Of a stretch of 64,000 nucleotides of DNA, positions 63,952 through 64,000 are shown piece after piece. The notes below the pieces were generated by a model, which was given only the letters and a program-made list of their open reading frames with translations, searched no databases and was not told the origin of the DNA. This DNA is from Bacteroidota bacterium (GTDB lineage Bacteria; Bacteroidota; Bacteroidia; Cytophagales; ES-bin-26), in the NCBI GenBank assembly GCA_040385915.1, contig JAZKGK010000112.1:12320-76319 (forward strand), given 5' to 3'. The translations under genes and the position numbers were made by a program. Position 1 is the stretch's first letter. Each line of letters begins with the position of its first letter.

Positions 63952-64000
63952 TGTTTTCACGAATGAAGTGTATAGCAAAAAGGCATTCAAACATAATGTC

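Noticed and set aside
1-64000. Scan for CRISPR arrays, tRNA/rRNA genes, IS elements, integrases or prophage modules.
   Set aside because: None found. There are no spaced identical repeats of 25-40 nt, no cloverleaf-compatible intergenic segments long enough, and no transposase or recombinase-like ORFs in any frame of the track.

Overview
The window is a 64-kb chromosomal segment that looks like Bacteroidota (Cytophagia-like). The support is four secreted enzymes ending in T9SS C-terminal sorting domains, plus DUF4296, GIN-domain, WG-repeat and HupE-type proteins, with roughly half G+C by spot counts. I can support about 40 protein-coding genes. I found no rRNA, tRNA, CRISPR array, integrase or transposase.

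Main blocks:
- Pentapeptide-repeat protein, ArsR regulator and ABC exporter.
- A MarR-pirin-YceI operon.
- A low-GC type II restriction-modification (R-M) cassette.
- An Omp85-like outer-membrane protein.
- A DUF1015 / Maf / methyltransferase / glycosyltransferase cluster.
- Two tandem giant S8 peptidases.
- An M1 aminopeptidase.
- A CAZyme/sugar cluster: GH26 mannanase with 4 CBM and 2 PA14 modules, beta-helix protein, unknown glycoside hydrolase, TIM-barrel isomerase, PhyH dioxygenase, MFS sugar porter and AraC regulator.
- An M43 peptidase.
- A tesA/ybbA/ybbP-like module.
- A remnant-looking McrB-type AAA+ gene.

Most interesting observations:
1. The R-M cassette (8308-10901) is bracketed by a perfect 46-bp direct repeat. 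That repeat is the duplicated 3' end of the adjacent Omp85-like gene. The left copy continues as a diverged relic of the same gene tail, and the methyltransferase reads through that relic in another frame.
2. A McrB-like gene has an intact Walker A box but no canonical start codon, no McrC partner, and a large insertion inside the AAA+ core.
3. There are several unexplained small repeat structures:
   - two copies of a 69-bp palindromic element carrying a 3 x 12-nt tandem;
   - a 30-bp-stem inverted repeat between the ABC ATPase and permease genes;
   - a (CAATTAA)8 microsatellite;
   - a 21-bp-phased triple direct repeat in the sugar cluster.

All family calls rest on motifs read by eye. No database search was run.
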